DNA of 64,000 nucleotides from an uncultured virus (IMG/VR IMGVR_UViG_2844359394_000002) (taxonomy: Duplodnaviria; Heunggongvirae; Uroviricota; Caudoviricetes). Numbering within the stretch: position 1 is the first letter of the stretch; every line of letters starts with the position of its first letter. Below are positions 46,001 to 56,000 of this stretch, piece after piece. The stretch lies in IMG/VR virus record IMGVR_UViG_2844359394_000002. One strand, written 5' to 3'. Made by a program: the position numbers and the translations under genes. Below the pieces are notes generated by a model. It saw nothing but the letters and a program-made list of their open reading frames with translations. It was not told where the DNA came from and did no database searches.

Positions 46001-46958
46001 TGAAGAACGTACTAAGATTGTTACTCAGTTGTATGTTTTGAAGGCTGCTCTCGCTAAAAAGGAGGCAGAATTACAGATAAGTGCTATTCAAAATATTACT
46101 AAAGCTGAAGATAAAGCGTTAAAAGAACGCCAAAAGAATCTCAAAAAATGGTTGCAAACTGCATCACAAGCTGTAGGGACTATTGGAAATCTTGTTTCTA
46201 CACTTTATGATGCTCAAATTGATAAGATAGAGGAAGAGCAGGATGCTAATGATGAAAAATATGATAAAGATGTTGAACGGGTTGATAAACTGGCAGAGTC
46301 AGGTGCTATTTCCGAAGAAGAAGCAGAAGCGCGTAAACGTGCTGCAAAATCTTTGACAGAAGCAAAAAATGCTGAACTAGAAAAACAAAAACAAGAAATG
46401 GCACGTAAACAAGCCATTTGGGAAAAGGCGACTAGTGTCGCTCAAGCTGGAATAGCCACTGCACTGGCAATAACTGAAGCTTTACCGAATATTCCTTTAT
46501 CTATTGTTATTGGTGCCATGGGAGCAATTCAGGTTGCAACTATTCTTGCAACTCCTATTCCTTCCTATGCAGACGGTACTAAAGGTAATGATAGGCATCC
46601 TGGCGGTACCGCTTTAGTTGGTGATGCTGGTAAACATGAGGTTATCATGTATTCTGGAAAAGCATGGATTACTCCTGATGCTCCAACTTTAGTTGATATT
46701 CCTAAAGGTGCACAAGTCTTTCCTGATGTTGATAAGGTAGATATCTCTAATTTTGATATGCCGGATTGGGACTTTCCTACATTTTCACCGACATATTTTG
46801 CATCTTCTTCCGGTGACACCATTGTTTTCAATGATTATTCCCGATTAGAAAAAAGAGTTGATAGAACAAATCTCCTTTTGATGAAGAGTCTTAAAATGCA
46901 GCGTCAGGATGCGTCTAACCGTGATTTTGAACTGTATAAGTTGTCTAAACTGAAATAG
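43047..46958 (+). CDS. Tail tape measure protein (TP901-like core)
   Basis: 1303 aa, helical; AQRLGATTKYTASEA, LAKLGF, NLSSAWEAF. Confidence 0.92.
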   Translation: MADLKLKDFVDENDLQKLVELDNTIERVRADYVNAAKELAKGLKLNVEGVADLEKLSNLYNTQAKTAGSASAELTEALRKQSEITQTVSKKIEEKLNVEKLSAAELKKLTKANSDNAASLEKAVKAEANLTKAQNAGNTTRKKAVLSEEERLKLIRTAITLTNQEVHSRSQAKEMNKQLQKAVDVLKDTDENYIRTLARLNSTIGINTDYIKRNSDRYSQQKMTIGAYREEVKAAWIEIQNGNKSMQNMGIIARNAGMMLKTEMAPGLNKVGAGLKGWAAGYIGAQAVVSGVVALFTKLREGVGDIVKFELANSRLAAILGTTSDKVKELTADAQRLGATTKYTASEATDLQIELAKLGFTRKEILDATEHVLKFAQATGAELADAASLAGASLRMFNADTRETERYVSAMAVATTKSALSFSYLATALPIVGPVAKAFNFSIEDTLALLGKLSDAGFDASMAATATRNVFLNLADSNGKLAKALGKPVKTLPELVEGLKSLKEKGVDLNTTLELTDKRSVAAFNAFLTAVDKILPLREQITGVERELGDMAHTMGDNVHGALANLSSAWEAFMLSFSESTGPAKEFLNWMADKIRGIANDLKSPEEKIEKIDYNFRTLAKKDANKKLLEVEKDFQAEYKRLIDAGDTEEQAYTKAVIQMKNKRIEVTAQEREALKRMKTRAQYATSEFEDMSWIKNGAAKMFGYYTSEAEKADKAQLEFSKNLFKIASSDEFNRGLDVIAEKFRPKGNDKNGSGITVLTDKEKREQEKALKEKLKIHETYQESELALMDEGLEKELAKIGVAYSKKIAAVKGNSKEEIATRQNLAKEMQERLDEFTIKYNSDREKKDVENALAVVKKGSQEELDLKLHQLELQREAEIDAAEKTGEDVILIDEKYARKKQEIYGKYASDQVALIAENAAHEQEIRDAAYVMDMLALKKKLASKLITEEQYAIEEYNLQLEYAHKTTEAAIEALELELTVENITAEERTKIVTQLYVLKAALAKKEAELQISAIQNITKAEDKALKERQKNLKKWLQTASQAVGTIGNLVSTLYDAQIDKIEEEQDANDEKYDKDVERVDKLAESGAISEEEAEARKRAAKSLTEAKNAELEKQKQEMARKQAIWEKATSVAQAGIATALAITEALPNIPLSIVIGAMGAIQVATILATPIPSYADGTKGNDRHPGGTALVGDAGKHEVIMYSGKAWITPDAPTLVDIPKGAQVFPDVDKVDISNFDMPDWDFPTFSPTYFASSSGDTIVFNDYSRLEKRVDRTNLLLMKSLKMQRQDASNRDFELYKLSKLK

Positions 46959-46960
46959 CT

Positions 46961-47542
46961 ATGATTGAAAGATTAAATCAGATAACATTGAATGATTTCA
47001 TTGAGCTTTCATGTGGAAACTATGCTTGTTTGCTTTCGGGTCGCGGATCTGTGTCTGAAAGCATGCTTAAAGAGATGGCATCTAAATTAATTATCGAATA
47101 CAGAAGCATTGTTAATCCTTCAGGTATGCAGGCTATGATTATGGACAAAGAGGATATGGTGAAGGAACGTGCCAAACTATTGAGCCTTCGTATATGTCAG
47201 ACTCTTGTTTCTCTTGGCTTTTATGATGATGTTCGTCAGGTGTTGGGCCAACTAAATGTAGATATCCGGGATATGAGTGATGAGCAAGTTATATCGAAGC
47301 TTGATTATTTACTTCATTCTGCAATTTTTGAGCAAAAACGGAATGAGGAGAGACGCAGTGAGGAACATAAAGGAAGTAAGGCTACTCCTGAACAAATTCG
47401 TTCTTCTTTTGATGCAGAGATTGCTTTTCTAATGACATTCTTTAAAATGAGTATTGATTCCCGCGTAATTAATGCTGCTGTCTATGCGAATATCGTTCAT
47501 CAAGCTGATGTTGAAATATCGATCAGAAAAAGAAGCACATGA
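46961..47542 (+). CDS. Hypothetical phage protein
   Basis: 193-aa ORF. Confidence 0.7.
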   Translation: MIERLNQITLNDFIELSCGNYACLLSGRGSVSESMLKEMASKLIIEYRSIVNPSGMQAMIMDKEDMVKERAKLLSLRICQTLVSLGFYDDVRQVLGQLNVDIRDMSDEQVISKLDYLLHSAIFEQKRNEERRSEEHKGSKATPEQIRSSFDAEIAFLMTFFKMSIDSRVINAAVYANIVHQADVEISIRKRST

Positions 47543-47649
47543 TAATATTGGTATTACATATATGCTGTAATTCGATTAATTTTTAATTAAAGCGAATTAT
47601 TTCATACAGTCGTTTGTACATCTCCTTTAGAATCACAAACGACTTTTTT

Positions 47650-47937
47650 ATGAATAGAAAAAACAGCATCCATTGTATAAATAGGCATTTATACAATGTT
47701 TTATTGTCAGAATTACGTACATTAGAGACGAAGTGTAATCGGATAACGGCAGAAGTGTCCGAGGTAAAAAAAATGATTGCCTTATTGCCCCCCGATATAG
47801 GCACTCTTATTAGTTCAATCGAGCGTTCTGCTAAGGAAATGCACGAACAAAGTATCATGCACCGGAAATATGTGGAAAGGTGCATTAATGGCGAACCGAA
47901 GATACACCTAATAAGGAGGGCTGACAATGGACTTTGA
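47650..47937 (+). CDS. Hypothetical protein upstream of the sigma factor
   Basis: 95-aa ORF overlapping the sigma start. Confidence 0.6.
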   Translation: MNRKNSIHCINRHLYNVLLSELRTLETKCNRITAEVSEVKKMIALLPPDIGTLISSIERSAKEMHEQSIMHRKYVERCINGEPKIHLIRRADNGL

Positions 47938-48400
47938 AAAGGAATTATCAGAAATATATCCTTGGATATTAAAGGTGGCAAGAAAATTCTGCTGTTCCAT
48001 GCAAGATGCTGAAGACTTAGCCGGTGATACAGTTTATAAGCTACTTGTGAATCGTGATAAATTTGATTGTTCTAAACCACTTCAACCGTGGTGCCTTATT
48101 ATAATGAGGAATACTTATATAATAAGATACAATAGAAATTCCCTTATACATTTTACAGGGCTTGATATGGTAGACGGAAGTGCCATTTCTAACTGTACAG
48201 CTCATTCAATACTGTTTGATGATTTGGTTTCCACAATACAACGGTGTGCTAAAAAATCCCGTTGTATTGATAGTGTGATGTATTATGCTAGTGGGTATTC
48301 ATATGATGAGATAAGTGAAATCCTGAACATTCCTGTTGGAACTGTAAGAAGTCGTATTTCTTCTGGTCGGAAAATGCTACTTCAAGAATTCAAATATTAA
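47927..48400 (+). CDS. ECF-type RNA polymerase sigma-70 factor
   Basis: Region 2 DAEDLAGDT...W...IMRN; region 4 GYSYDEISEILNIPVGTVRSRISSGR. Confidence 0.88.
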   Translation: MDFEKELSEIYPWILKVARKFCCSMQDAEDLAGDTVYKLLVNRDKFDCSKPLQPWCLIIMRNTYIIRYNRNSLIHFTGLDMVDGSAISNCTAHSILFDDLVSTIQRCAKKSRCIDSVMYYASGYSYDEISEILNIPVGTVRSRISSGRKMLLQEFKY

Positions 48401-48492
48401 TAGTGTGACTTATTAGAGAATTAACTTTATAATATCACGAAAATATATTATGTTTGAATATTTAATTTTGAATAATTTTTTTATAAACTATA

Positions 48493-49608
48493 ATGGATGA
48501 AAAAATAATAACCACAAATGAATTGGAGGTACTTGCTAATGAATTTTATGGTTCTAAAATAACGCAAGAAGAGTATTTTTCTAGGTTGGATGATATAGAT
48601 TGTTATCAGGCACATTATTTGAAAGCACGTGTGTATTTGGATAAGCAAGATTTATCTAACGCAATGATAGAAATTAATACTTCTATTCATATGATTGAAG
48701 CGTATGATGAAAATGATTTAAAGTGTGAGTTGGGAACTTTTTTCCCTTCTTTGCAAGCATATGTTTATAGAGCTGCAGGAGAAATATATGCAATCCTAGG
48801 TGAACAAGATAAAGCGACTGAATTTTACATAAAGTCACAGTATTATTCTATCCAATTAAAGTCTGATTTTGACGGTGTAAAGTCAGGAATTGTTTATTCA
48901 TTTAGAAGTGTGAGTATTTATTCTTTGTCTGATTTAATATCAAATACTATAACAGTGTGTCATCCTTCTAAAATGAATGACCCCTTTGATAGTCTATTTC
49001 TTTTGTGGTCAAGTGAAAGTAATTTGAATAGAATTTGTAAAAATAATGCTCATATAAAGCCTTTCAGTGACTCTTTTCAATATTTTAAAATTAGAAGTTT
49101 TGTCGGAAATAAAAAATTAAGTTTAGATAATAACCTAATAAGAAAGGTGGTCATGTGGTCTCATTATGCTGATGCTCATAAAGGTTTTTGTATTAGATAT
49201 AAACTTTCAACGGTATTTATAAAACAGGCTCAGGGTAATGGTTATTCTCATAAATATTTAAAGAGGGTGCATTATCTCTCTAAAAATGAGAAATGTGATA
49301 TTTTAACTAAAAAGAAAGATACAAATAGTTTGTTTATATGGAAATCTACAGAATGGAAATATGAAAATGAAATAAGATTAATTAGTTATGACCCAAGCTG
49401 TAAAGATGATCATCTTCAAATTCCTCTTGATAAGAACTCTATGATTGAAGCGATTTATTTCGGTTATAGATGCGTTGAAAGTAGTGTAAAGAATATAATG
49501 CAAATTTTAGGAGAAGGAGTTCAGTATTTTAAGATGGATTATGATCCTAATAACGTTTATAAGTTGAAAGTGAATAAAATCTTATATAAAGACTATATTG
49601 ATACATAG
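48493..49608 (+). CDS. TPR-like plus DUF2971-domain protein (AT-rich moron)
   Basis: MNDPFD, MWSHYADAHKGFCI, KSTEWKYENEIR, IYFG. Confidence 0.78.
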   Translation: MDEKIITTNELEVLANEFYGSKITQEEYFSRLDDIDCYQAHYLKARVYLDKQDLSNAMIEINTSIHMIEAYDENDLKCELGTFFPSLQAYVYRAAGEIYAILGEQDKATEFYIKSQYYSIQLKSDFDGVKSGIVYSFRSVSIYSLSDLISNTITVCHPSKMNDPFDSLFLLWSSESNLNRICKNNAHIKPFSDSFQYFKIRSFVGNKKLSLDNNLIRKVVMWSHYADAHKGFCIRYKLSTVFIKQAQGNGYSHKYLKRVHYLSKNEKCDILTKKKDTNSLFIWKSTEWKYENEIRLISYDPSCKDDHLQIPLDKNSMIEAIYFGYRCVESSVKNIMQILGEGVQYFKMDYDPNNVYKLKVNKILYKDYIDT

Positions 49609-49709
49609 TTTTTAAGTTGATTCCGGTTACCTTATAAATTCTATTTTTACTAGATAATTTCGTAATATGCTTAAAATCTGATGCTTACATCTGTGTTTTG
49701 TAATGCGTG

Positions 49710-49762
49710 ATTTTCAAGAATTTAGCCAATCGGAAAACCGGTTGGCTTTTTCTATATATTTG
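49710..49762 (+). promoter_or_regulatory. Late-type promoter motif, copy 2 (tail-tip operon)
   Basis: TTTTCAAGAATTT...GGAAAAC...TATATTTG. Confidence 0.7.
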
Positions 49763-49788
49763 CTCGTGAACGTTCAAAAGGAGTTAAA

Positions 49789-51780
49789 ATGCTTTGTAAA
49801 TATGTACTTACCGTTGATAGTATTTCCTATGATATTCCCAAATCTTGTATTCAGAATTGGGATGAAATAAAGTTTTCCCGTAAACGCTCCGGACTTGAAG
49901 GAATAACTAGAACCTTTACTTCAAAATTCCAGTTTGTGGGAGAAGCCTATGATCTCATATTGGAGGAGTATTTGAGCAAATACCTAGCTTCTAATGCTAG
50001 TATCACTGTTTATACTATAACTAATTCTCATACTTATGAAGAATTCTTCAGTTGCCGACTGGATTTCGGTTCATTGACCTATGATGGAAATACTGTTTCT
50101 ATTAATTCGATAGATGATAGTGTCGCTAATATCATAAAGGCTAACAAAGGAACGCAGTACGAATATTCGGTAGATGAGATAAAAGATGTATATCAGCTTT
50201 ATTATGATAGACTACCGTTTAATTACTACGCGAACTATATATGTGGTGGATACTCTTTAGAAGATGGAGGGCAATATGTTGATTTCTCAAGAGATATAAC
50301 AGGAAAAACTATATTCCAGTCTCTTCCATTGGAAGTCGTAGAAAAAGACTTACCAGAATCAGATAGTCCTGTAGAAATAAATTCTGTGACTTTAGATACT
50401 TCTGTACCTGCTTTTTTAAGGGCGCATAAACCAGTCAAGGTATATATAACCCCCGAATTCAACTTTTATTTAGGCAGAGGAGATGTAATGTTGACACTTG
50501 CTAAAGTTGATGGGAACGGTACCACAAGCACTATTGCGAGTTGGATAAATACCGATTATTCAGGAAATACACATACAACAGAAAAAGACACTTATAGACC
50601 CGAACAATATCGGGATGTTTATGCAATAGATCTTCAAGATGGTGAATGTCTTCAATTTGTCATACATGATCCGATAGGTAATATGAATGTTAACGGACCT
50701 GGAAAGGTGTATTTTTCTAAATATTCACTACAGATTAAATGGACTTCAATAGCATCACCTATCAATATAGATGTGGTAAAACCTATTACTGTTCTGAATA
50801 GTTTGCTCAAAAGTATGAATGGTGGTAAAGGGGGTATAAAAGGCGAGATAGCTTCCGGTGTAGACAATCGGTTGGACAATTGCCTTATTTTGGCTGCCGA
50901 AAGTATTCGTGGGATATTGTCTGCTAAATTATATACCTCATATACGAAGTTTGTAGACTGGATGGAAGCCTGTTTTGGCTTTGTTCAGAAGATTGAGGGG
51001 GATATTGTAAAGTTTGTCCATCGTGACAGCTTATTTACTTTTAATGGTAATAAGAATATATCAAGAAACATTTCAGATTTTCAATTTAAAGTAGACAGTT
51101 CTAGGATATATGCACGAGTTAAAGTTGGTTATGATAAAGTTGATTATGAATGCTTGAATGGTCGTGATGAATTTCGATTTACTGCTGAATATACTACTGG
51201 ATTGCAAGTAACAGATAATACACTAGAGTTAGTGAGCCCTTATCGTGCAGATGCTTATGGCTTGGAAATCGTGTCACAGAAAAGGGGAAGTAGTTCTACT
51301 GATAACGAAAGTGATAATGATGTGTTTATCGTTGGCGCAATGCTCGCTTATAATAAGGTTATTGGGAAAGCGGAATATGTACTAGAAAGGAATGCGGATT
51401 GGAAGATTGCAGGTGTTCTAAATCCTGATGCAATGTTTAATGTTATGTATTGGCAGAAAGCTATGTTGAAAGCTAATGCTAAGTATATTGGCATGTTCGC
51501 TGATTCTCTTCATTATGCTTCTTCGGATGGGAATAGCAATGTTATAGTCAATGATGTGAAATTAACTGATGACTTTATACTTGAAGAGCATTTGGTCACT
51601 TGTGGAGATGTTTCATTTACAACCTTTGATGAGGATATTCCACAAACAGATGATGGAACGATTAAGATTCAAAAAGGTGGCCTTGTTTACGAAGGTTACA
51701 TCAAAGAGGTGAGTAGTACAGTTGAGAGAAACGAGGGAGTGAAGTATGATTTATTTGTCCGTTCAATAACAAAAGCCTAG
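49789..51780 (+). CDS. Tail-tip/baseplate structural protein
   Basis: 663-aa beta-rich ORF after the tape measure. Confidence 0.65.
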   Translation: MLCKYVLTVDSISYDIPKSCIQNWDEIKFSRKRSGLEGITRTFTSKFQFVGEAYDLILEEYLSKYLASNASITVYTITNSHTYEEFFSCRLDFGSLTYDGNTVSINSIDDSVANIIKANKGTQYEYSVDEIKDVYQLYYDRLPFNYYANYICGGYSLEDGGQYVDFSRDITGKTIFQSLPLEVVEKDLPESDSPVEINSVTLDTSVPAFLRAHKPVKVYITPEFNFYLGRGDVMLTLAKVDGNGTTSTIASWINTDYSGNTHTTEKDTYRPEQYRDVYAIDLQDGECLQFVIHDPIGNMNVNGPGKVYFSKYSLQIKWTSIASPINIDVVKPITVLNSLLKSMNGGKGGIKGEIASGVDNRLDNCLILAAESIRGILSAKLYTSYTKFVDWMEACFGFVQKIEGDIVKFVHRDSLFTFNGNKNISRNISDFQFKVDSSRIYARVKVGYDKVDYECLNGRDEFRFTAEYTTGLQVTDNTLELVSPYRADAYGLEIVSQKRGSSSTDNESDNDVFIVGAMLAYNKVIGKAEYVLERNADWKIAGVLNPDAMFNVMYWQKAMLKANAKYIGMFADSLHYASSDGNSNVIVNDVKLTDDFILEEHLVTCGDVSFTTFDEDIPQTDDGTIKIQKGGLVYEGYIKEVSSTVERNEGVKYDLFVRSITKA

Positions 51781-51783
51781 AAT

Positions 51784-53028
51784 ATGATTATAAGTCCGTT
51801 TACCCCACTGTTTTTTTCTCCGTCTACCGATAAATTTGGAGCGAAAAGTAAATATGTGCAGTTATTCGCACGTACAGACAGGATTTTTGTTGAATTGATT
51901 TTGACACCCAAAGAGCAGGAGCCTATTGTTTACATTAATAATCTTTTAAGTAATATATCTACACTTGTATCATTAAGCTCATGGAAGATGAATGATGATA
52001 AGATTCTCTATTTCTATAACATTTCATTGCTTCCATGTGGATATTATACTGTAACAGTTAATGGGAATACGAGTGAGATTTTTAAAGTTACGGATGATGA
52101 GTGTGAGTTATCAGAAACCAGCCTTATTCAGTATTCAATGAAAGATAATAAGCAGCGTCTTGATGCTGTCTGGTGGATAGATGGGATGCAATACTTTTTT
52201 GATTTTCGAGTTCCTGGTGGTTTCAAAGATAACGGATGGACGTTCGGTGTGGATAATGAGCAGTTCGTGACTTCTGATGAGGATATTGTTGAGCTATTCA
52301 GCCACGAATATACAACTATATTATTCACGCTTGGAAATGGGATGGGATGCCCTGTATGGTTTGCTGAATTATTGAATCGTGTCTTATGCTGTAATTACGT
52401 CTACTTTGATGGTATTCGATATGCAAGAAAGGAAAGTAATGTTCCGGAACTTAACCAGCAAATCGAAGGATTGAAGAGTTTTGTATTCAATCAAATGTTA
52501 CAGAGGGTAAAAACGATTAATCCTGTTTTGGAGTGGAACAACCAAATGTCTATAAGAAGAATTCAAAATGATACTTATAGGATAACATCTGACAGTGGAG
52601 AGTTGAGGAGCATAAAGTCTGGTGGTGAAGCTGTAGAAGAATATACGTCAGTAATCACCGGTAAGTTGTATGTGCATTATCAGAAGATTATGACTAGTCT
52701 TTTTACATCTCATAATTATAGTTGTAAAGTGATTTTGGATAAACCGGCTAATAGTGGGGTGACGTTCATGATACCTTTTAATCTCACAAGCGCTGGTGTC
52801 GTAACTTCGGAAGTTAATCAGATTACAGTTGTCTTGGGAGGTTATTCGAATGAAGTTCAATTTTCTCAAAAGGGAAGTTCATACGATATTGATTTATTAT
52901 CAGGAGGTATATTAGAGTTCTTGAAAGGAACTGATGATAGGACTTATTATGAGGTGACTTGGGACGGTGAATTTGTTGATACGTTACCTGTTGCTTCTGA
53001 TGAAGTTTCTGATCCGTCATCAAATTAA
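51784..53028 (+). CDS. Tail structural protein
   Basis: 414-aa ORF; synteny. Confidence 0.6.
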   Translation: MIISPFTPLFFSPSTDKFGAKSKYVQLFARTDRIFVELILTPKEQEPIVYINNLLSNISTLVSLSSWKMNDDKILYFYNISLLPCGYYTVTVNGNTSEIFKVTDDECELSETSLIQYSMKDNKQRLDAVWWIDGMQYFFDFRVPGGFKDNGWTFGVDNEQFVTSDEDIVELFSHEYTTILFTLGNGMGCPVWFAELLNRVLCCNYVYFDGIRYARKESNVPELNQQIEGLKSFVFNQMLQRVKTINPVLEWNNQMSIRRIQNDTYRITSDSGELRSIKSGGEAVEEYTSVITGKLYVHYQKIMTSLFTSHNYSCKVILDKPANSGVTFMIPFNLTSAGVVTSEVNQITVVLGGYSNEVQFSQKGSSYDIDLLSGGILEFLKGTDDRTYYEVTWDGEFVDTLPVASDEVSDPSSN

Positions 53029-53061
53029 TATAATAGTTTTAAACAATAAAGATAGAATAAA

Positions 53062-56000
53062 ATGACAGAGTCAGAGAAACAACAAATTATTAGCCTTGTG
53101 CTGCAAGCGTTGAAGACAAACAGTCTTACAATAGAACAACTGGCTGATACAACAGAGCTATCTAGAGATATGTATGTTGAAGTTAGTGGTGGTCGGAAAA
53201 TATCTATTGATTTGCTTTCAAGTACCATTGCTAAAATGGTGAATGGGGATTTTGATGCATTAGTGGAGAATGTCAATAAGATTGCAAAAGATTTATCGGA
53301 TGGAGACGCCGAGTTATTGAAACGTATAACAGGAGTGTCTGATAAATCCAATCCTTTGACTGACCCATTTAAAAGTATTGGCTCTTTTACTACTATTGGT
53401 AGCTTTAAAGATAAATTAAAAACAATGTATTCCGGGGATTCTTCTATTGGGAATTATCGGTGTATTTTGTCTGTTGATTCGTCTAAGATTCCTGTAAATA
53501 TACAAATTGAACGGTTGGAGCTTAATAAGGTTTGTCAATCATTCACTTCGTGTATACAACTGGCTACCATGTCAGACAATGCCGAAGGTGTATATTTAGG
53601 TACAGTTTGTACAATCTCACGAATAGGTATTGTTTCCAATGAGAGTGTTGCATGGGGCAAATGGACTTCTGTAATAAATGACTTTGAGGAAAGGATAGGA
53701 AAAGCGAACGGTATCGCTCCTTTGAACGAAGAAAGTAAAGTTCCTTCTGAATGTCTGCCTGAACCGTTGTCTCTTGGGGAAGGTGAAGAAGAAGCTTTCC
53801 CCGGCAACCGTGGAAAGTCTTTGGAAGATACAATGAAAAATATCCCTTCCGATATAATCAAACCGGGTTCTTTCTCCGTCCTGTCTGACGCTTCCTATCT
53901 CGATGTGTATTTTAAGAAAGTGTCCAAAACAACCGGTAAAGAAACGGATGACAGCTTCCGTCTGCCTTCTGCTACCCTTGAACAAGCCGGCCTTTTGTCC
54001 GCCGAGGATAAGCAAGCCCTTGAGGATATGAAGAGCGGCACGCCCGCTGACGATGTAACACACCCCATCGTCATTGTTGATGAGATCCGCCCATTGAAAG
54101 ACGGCTACTATACCCTTGAAACCGCTATTGCCGCCATTGTCTCCTATCAACAGGAATCTGGCGTCAAATATGAGCGAACGGGTCTCATCATTACTTACAA
54201 AACAGGCGAGTATGAAATGGAAACCCGGCAGTTCCAGGGTGCTGTGTCCGATTTTGCGACCCCTTCTCTTTGGAAACCCTTCGGGAATGGTGGTGGCGGT
54301 TCCGTTTTTGAAACTTCCGATGAACCGGCGGAAGGGGGAAAGGACGCCTTTTCAACTGGTGGCGCCTATGCCTATGTTCCGGCTAACCTCGACGTAAACG
54401 TGGAAACAGAAGGCATTGTAAAACTTCAGATGAAGAACGCTGCCGGTGAAACCCTTGGCGATGAAGTGCAGTTCGCTATCGGCACGGGTGGCGGCGGTCA
54501 AACTGGTGGTACCATTGTTGCCATTGCTTTCCAGTCGACACCTGTCTATGGCTCTTACGGCTCCACGCTACGAACCTTTGCCGCCATTCGTTCCGTGACC
54601 TCGAACGGTGTCGAATCCTCTGACAACCTGATTGAGAAACTGGAACTCGTAGACCGTGAAAGCGGGCTTACCGTCTGGACTGAAACCGTCAACAAAGCAT
54701 CTTCCGGTGACATGAAGGACTTCTCCTTTGAACTGGACTTCACCACATACTTTACGGCTGCCGGTACTCGGAAATTCAAGCTGATAGCCACTGACGAAAG
54801 CGGCAACACCGGTTCCAAGAATGTCAATGTAACAGCTGTTGATATTACCTGTACCTGTGTGCAGGTGCTCAACTATACCCCTGAAACTCTGCTTACTCCG
54901 ACAACTGAAAGTTTCAGCCTTCCACTCTATAAGTTCGGAAACAACACCTCTGATAAAGGTATCAGTGCCCAGGTTGACATCAAGATTAATGGTGAATGGC
55001 AATCCCTGTCTACCACCGTTGTAAATGACAACTACTCGCACTCCGTTGTAATCCGCCCTGCTTCCCTCGGCCTAGAACACGGTACCTATCCCTTGCGCAT
55101 CCAAGGAACGGATGTCGCATCCGGAGTGAAAGGAAATGTCATCTACACGGCTGTCATGGTAATTGACCCGAATAGTTCCACACCTCTTGTCGCCTTGAGA
55201 TACGATGATAAAAACGGTGGAGTAGTCCGACTGTACGAAACCGTAGAACTTGATGTTGCCTGTTATGACCCGTTGGAAATGACTTCACCCGTCAGCGTGA
55301 AAGCCAATAACGTGCAGGTAACACAAATTGCTGCCAGTCGTAACAAAACCTATCAGGTCAAACAACAACTGCAGGGCTACAAGGCTGACGGCACCGATAC
55401 GGTCAACTATACTGCCGTATGCAAGGACGTGACTAGCGAACCTGTCCGGGTGACAGTTAGCGGTTCCGCCATTGACGCCGCCATAAAAGAAGGCGCCATC
55501 TATAACTTTGACTTCTCATCCCGTACCAATCAGGAAACTGACCATAGCATTGTCAGCGGTAATTATGAAATGAAAGTGGACGGTGCCAACTGGACTACCA
55601 ACGGTTTTGGCACATTCTTGGGTGAGAACTGCCTTCGCGTAGCCGAGAATGTGGGCGTGTCATTAAACCATGCCCCGTTTGCCGGCTCGTCCATCGAATC
55701 CAACGGTGCCGCCATCCAGTTCGCTTTCGCTTCCAAGAACGTGACCGATGATGATGCCCTGCTCCTTAGCTGCTATGACGAAACGTCCGGTGCCGGCTTC
55801 TATGTCACCGGCCGGGTGGTCGGCATCTTCTGTAACAATGGCGTTTCCCGTCGTGAAGAACGCGCCTATCGACAGGGTGAAAAGATAACCGTAGCCGTGG
55901 TTGTTGAACCTGCAAGCAACTACGTTGAACGTGACGGCACACGGTATTCCATGATGAAACTCTTCCTCAGCGGTGAGGAAGTCGCCTGCCTTGGTTATGT

